A DNA stretch of 64,000 nt from Okamejei kenojei. Lineage: Eukaryota. This document shows, piece by piece, positions 60,006-64,000 of this stretch. A program made the position numbers and the translations under genes. A model generated the notes under the pieces. It did no database searches and had not been told where the DNA came from. It was given only the letters and a program-made list of their open reading frames with translations. The stretch is taken from positions 42,656,001 to 42,720,000 of the forward strand of contig CM069135.1 of the NCBI GenBank assembly GCA_035221665.1. Reading direction: 5' to 3'. Each line of letters begins with the position of its first letter. The stretch's first letter is position 1.

Positions 60006-60595
60006 TCCATTTGCTTTCATTTCAGGTGAGGCCAAGCAAAGCAAAGACAAAGCAAAAGCAAAAGCACAGAGCAGGCGGGACCAGCCAACAATACAATCCA
60101 TTTGCTTTTATTTCAGGTTAGCTCAAGCAAAGCAAAGCCAAAGCAAAAACAAAAGCACAGGGCAGGCCAAACAACTCATTTCATTTCATTTCCATTTCCA
60201 TTTCCATTTCAAGCACAGGGCAGGCCAAACAACTCACAGTTCAGTAGACTCACAGCAGAATCAGAGTTGTGGCCTCTCGCTCACGATCTTTCAGAGTGAC
60301 TGGCTCATGTCCAGGTATCCGGGGTTTAATAGTCCTGCCCTCCTCCTGGAAGGGGCGTTACCTTCATCATAGTGATTAACAGACAAGAGGACCAATCAGC
60401 TGATCTCAAGATTTTTTAAACACTCATAACTTTTTTATTTTTCATCGACCGGAAAACTCCTCATGGCTGCCTCAGCGGAGGAGGACTGTGAGTAAGATGG
60501 CCAAAAATCATAGTGATATAGGGTAGCATTTTTTTCTAAAATCAATATACAGCGCAGACAGGAAATGGTCAAGATGAGAATTTTAGTTATATAGA
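59753..60595 (-). mobile_element. Non-autonomous Helitron (~840 bp); partial duplicate at 59269-59524
   Basis: On the - strand: host A|TCTATATAACTAAAA...subterminal GC hairpin (GGGGCCGAACGGGTCCC)...AGTCTGG|T host. This fits TC...CTRR inserted between A and T, with no clear TSD. Internal (TCAAG)n, (CATTT)n and (AAAGC)n tracts. Confidence 0.75.
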
Positions 60596-60744
60596 TATAT
60601 GTATATTGTTTATTTAAAAAAAAATTTTAACAGGGACAGTGAATATTGATAAATATTTACATGTAAATATGCAAGATTATAGCCAGTAGCTAATTTCCAT
60701 TTTTAGTCCCTTTGGCAGGTTGATGTTAAATAAACAAGTTAAAC

Positions 60745-61470
60745 TTTGGTTTCTGCAGCCATACAACAAAAAGAAACAATTTTACAAGACACACAACCAA
60801 CTCAATTCACATAGACATCCATCACAGTGAATCTCCTCCACTGTGATGGAAGGCAAAGTCTTGCCTCTCCCTTTCTCTCCATCCTGTCCCGATGTTAAAG
60901 CCCCCGGCGGGCTATGGTAAGTCCCGTGGCCGTTAAGGCTGTGCCGGCGATGTAAGGCCCTGCTCCAGGACATAATGTTGGAGCCCCTGGCTGGCAATGG
61001 CAAGTCCCGCGGCCGTTAAAGCCGCGCCGGGCGATGTCAGGCGGGGGCTCCAACAACTCGGTGGGAGAAGCTGCCGCCGCAGGAGCTCCGAAGAGCAGTC
61101 TCCCACCAGGGACCCGCGAGCTCCCGATGTCACCGTCTACAGGCCTGCAGCTGGAGCCTCTGAAGTCTGGTCGCAGCCGCGCGCCACTACAGCTCCCCAC
61201 GCTCCGAGGCCAGCCAGCCCCACGATGGTAAGTCCGCAGGCTCCGCGACTGGAGCCCCCAGGTCAATCCAGCTGCAGGCCGCTCCACGGTGCTGGGCCCC
61301 AACAACAACAGAGACCCGACAGGGAAATGTCGGGTCTCCCATGCAGGGAAGAGATTAAATGATTCCACCTCCCCCACATATACACAAAAAAATATATAAA
61401 AACCACAGCAAACTACAGATTGGATGGGACAAAAATGTTAAAAGGACAGACGGACTGCAGGGGCCGCCCA
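60745..61470 (-). mobile_element. Second copy of the GC-rich structured retroelement family
   Basis: Reverse complement aligns by eye with 8555-9470. Confidence 0.8.
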
Positions 61471-61547
61471 ATGTACACACGCATATATATACACACACAA
61501 ACACACAATGAAAAGTTTCTGGTTTAAGATTCTTTATAAATGTTGTT

Positions 61548-61825
61548 NNNNNNNNNNNNNNNNNNNNNNNNNNNNNNNNNNNNNNNNNNNNNNNNNNNNN
61601 NNNNNNNNNNNNNNNNNNNNNNNNNNNNNNNNNNNNNNNNNNNNNNNNNNNNNNNNNNNNNNNNNNNNNNNNNNNNNNNNNNNNNNNNNNNNNNNNNNNN
61701 NNNNNNNNNNNNNNNNNNNNNNNNNNNNNNNNNNNNNNNNNNNNNNNNNNNNNNNNNNNNNNNNNNNNNNNNNNNNNNNNNNNNNNNNNNNNNNNNNNNN
61801 NNNNNNNNNNNNNNNNNNNNNNNNN
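61548..61825. other. Assembly gap
   Basis: Run of N. Confidence 1.
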
Positions 61826-63079
61826 TATGCTTCTATTTATATCCATATATATATACACACACACACATACACACACACACAATGAAAAATAAAATATGTT
61901 TCTGGTGTATGGATTTTTATACATGTTGTTCTATACTTTTACAAAATGCCTCCAATTGCTAAAATAAAAATCCTTAGAATCAATTACATTTATTCCTAGT
62001 AATACATGTCATCAAAGCAAGTGGTTTATTATTAGATTGTCTGCATTATACACACACAGTTTAAATATGTTCATGACAAAATGCTCTCCCCATTTAAAAT
62101 GTGCTGTTTTGCACCTTGCTCTCTCTTCTGCACAAACCTTCACCCAGCCTTGATCTGTTCTCTTTATTTTGATCTCTGCTTCCGCTCTGCGTCAATGTTG
62201 CAATCCTGATATTTAATCTCCATCTCAATTACCTCCTGTCAGGACTCCATTTTCCACTACGCAAAGACCCATTGCCCAAGAGATGCATTGAAGTTAGGAA
62301 CAAGGTTAACCTACACATTATGGGGCGCTGGTCTCGCTGTATCCTGACCATTTGGCGCTGGATATGGAGAAACCTGGTTCCACTTACTTCCAGCTTTTGA
62401 TGCTTGCATCCACAAGTCCTGGAAAATCTCATGGGTCATCAAAGATGTGGAAGTAATTTTGGACAAAACTCCTGGAATGTGAAAATAACATAGAATGTCA
62501 CATTAATACAAAAGTGACCTGTGATACTGGAATTTAGTGCATGGAAGGTCAGTAGTTAATAGGGGTCAAACTCTTTGGGTCTTAAGATCTACACCAATGA
62601 AATCTGCTGCTTGTTAGCTTACTTTGAATGCCATGATTCAGAAAAGTGTTTTGTATTAATTCCTGCGGTGTAGAAAAGTATACTCTTTCTTATATCTTTA
62701 CTTACCTATCATAGGCCATATTTCCAAAAGCAGAATCAACATTTCTTTCTGACCCCTGTTGATTAGGATGACAATTATCAAGATGTCATTACATGCCCGT
62801 AAACAAAATATGCTGGGTTCACTTCATTTGACCTAAGACTGTTCAATGTCACAGGAACACAATCAATGCTTTTGAAGTGGAGATCAGTTCACCGCTGACC
62901 TGAGGAGACAACTGATCGACCCATTGACAACGTTTGTATTCTAGGTCTGTCCGTTTTGTGACTCAGTTGCTGTGAGATGCAATAGTGCTTATGAATGCCA
63001 ACCTGAACATAATAATACAGGTCAGGCAGTTTGTAAAACAATGAATTTACAATGGGTTATGAATACCAAGAGCATCATA

Positions 63080-63650
63080 CAACTTAGAACAGTACAGCAC
63101 AAGAACAGGCCCTTTGGCCCACAATATCTGTGCTGAACATGATGCCAAGAGCATCACCTATCTACTTGCACACAATCTCTTCCCTGCATATCCATGTGGC
63201 TATCCAAAACCTTTTTAAATGCAACTATAGTATTTACCTCAACCACCGATTTTGGCAGTGGATTACAGGCACTCACCACCCTCTCTATAAAATAAAAATG
63301 CTCCACAAATCTCCTTTAAACAATGCCCCTCTCACCTTAAATCTATGCCCTCTAGTATTTGATTCTGGAAAAAAGGTTCTGACTGTCTACCTTATCTATG
63401 CCTCTCGTTATTTTATATACTTCTATCAGGTGTCCCTGCAACCTCTGTTTTTCCAGAGAAAACAATCGAAGTCTATCCTACCTCTCCCTGCAGCTAATAT
63501 CTCCTAATCCAGGCATCATTCTGGTAAACTTCCTCTGCACCCTTTCCAAAATCCCAACGTCCTTCCTATAATGGGATGACCAGAACTGCAACCAATACTC
63601 CCAGTGTGGCCTAACGAAAGACCTATACAGCTGCGTAATGACTTCCTGAT
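63080..63650 (-). mobile_element. CR1 LINE 3' fragment
   Basis: Reverse-strand CR1 C-terminal and 3' UTR motifs (GGGCCAAAGGGCCTGTTCTTGTGCTGTA). Confidence 0.75.
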
Positions 63651-64000
63651 ACGTTGCACGAGTACTGCTTCACATAGATTCCACCTCATTAGAATGCATT
63701 CAGTAGTGTTAAATTGGTTTATTTTTCACCCATGAATAATACTCACTGCAAAAGATTATGTCTTGCATTTACAAGCCTGAATAACCATTTAATAACATTG
63801 CTAATAAATAATTTGTAAATCATAAATACTTATTCTCTCCCTATCTACAATCTGTCCTCCCACTCTCCATTTTTCTTTTTGTAACCAGGTTTATGACACC
63901 AGGTTTATCCAAATCCAGTGCAAAATGGCCAGACCTGATAGAGAAGGTTATCAAAGCGGTGGAGGAGTTGCATTACTAATCAGGGAGAATATCTGAGTGG

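Overview
Vertebrate genomic DNA, most likely a cartilaginous fish (skate/ray; inferred from the CR1, V-SINE, Rex1 and Penelope repeat landscape, not checked by database). The window holds the complete 26-exon DDX1 DEAD-box helicase gene (+ strand, CDS 1965..38460; spliced CDS 2220 nt, 739 aa; all introns GT-AG). The first coding exon of NBAS lies on the - strand (1593..1667), head-to-head with DDX1 and only 297 bp away, in a shared CpG island. Introns and the 25 kb downstream are filled with transposons: a long CR1 LINE with an esterase ORF1, many CR1 fragments, a Neptune-like Penelope element with inverted termini and a 17-bp TSD, an IR/DR Tc1, three hAT-like MITEs, Harbinger MITEs, Rex1/Babar, a Crack/Daphne-like LINE, V-SINEs and a non-autonomous Helitron. 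The most notable non-genic signals are: (i) a family of ~90-300 bp Penelope-terminal mini-elements carrying a minimal hammerhead-ribozyme-like core, inserting with 12-15 bp TSDs and often folded back on themselves; (ii) a ~1 kb GC-rich, VNTR-containing retroelement family with covarying RNA hairpins; (iii) a duplicated ~200 bp non-coding segment with conserved nuclear-receptor half-sites. There are two assembly gaps with duplicated sequence nearby. All protein identifications come from my recognition of the sequences; no searches were run.
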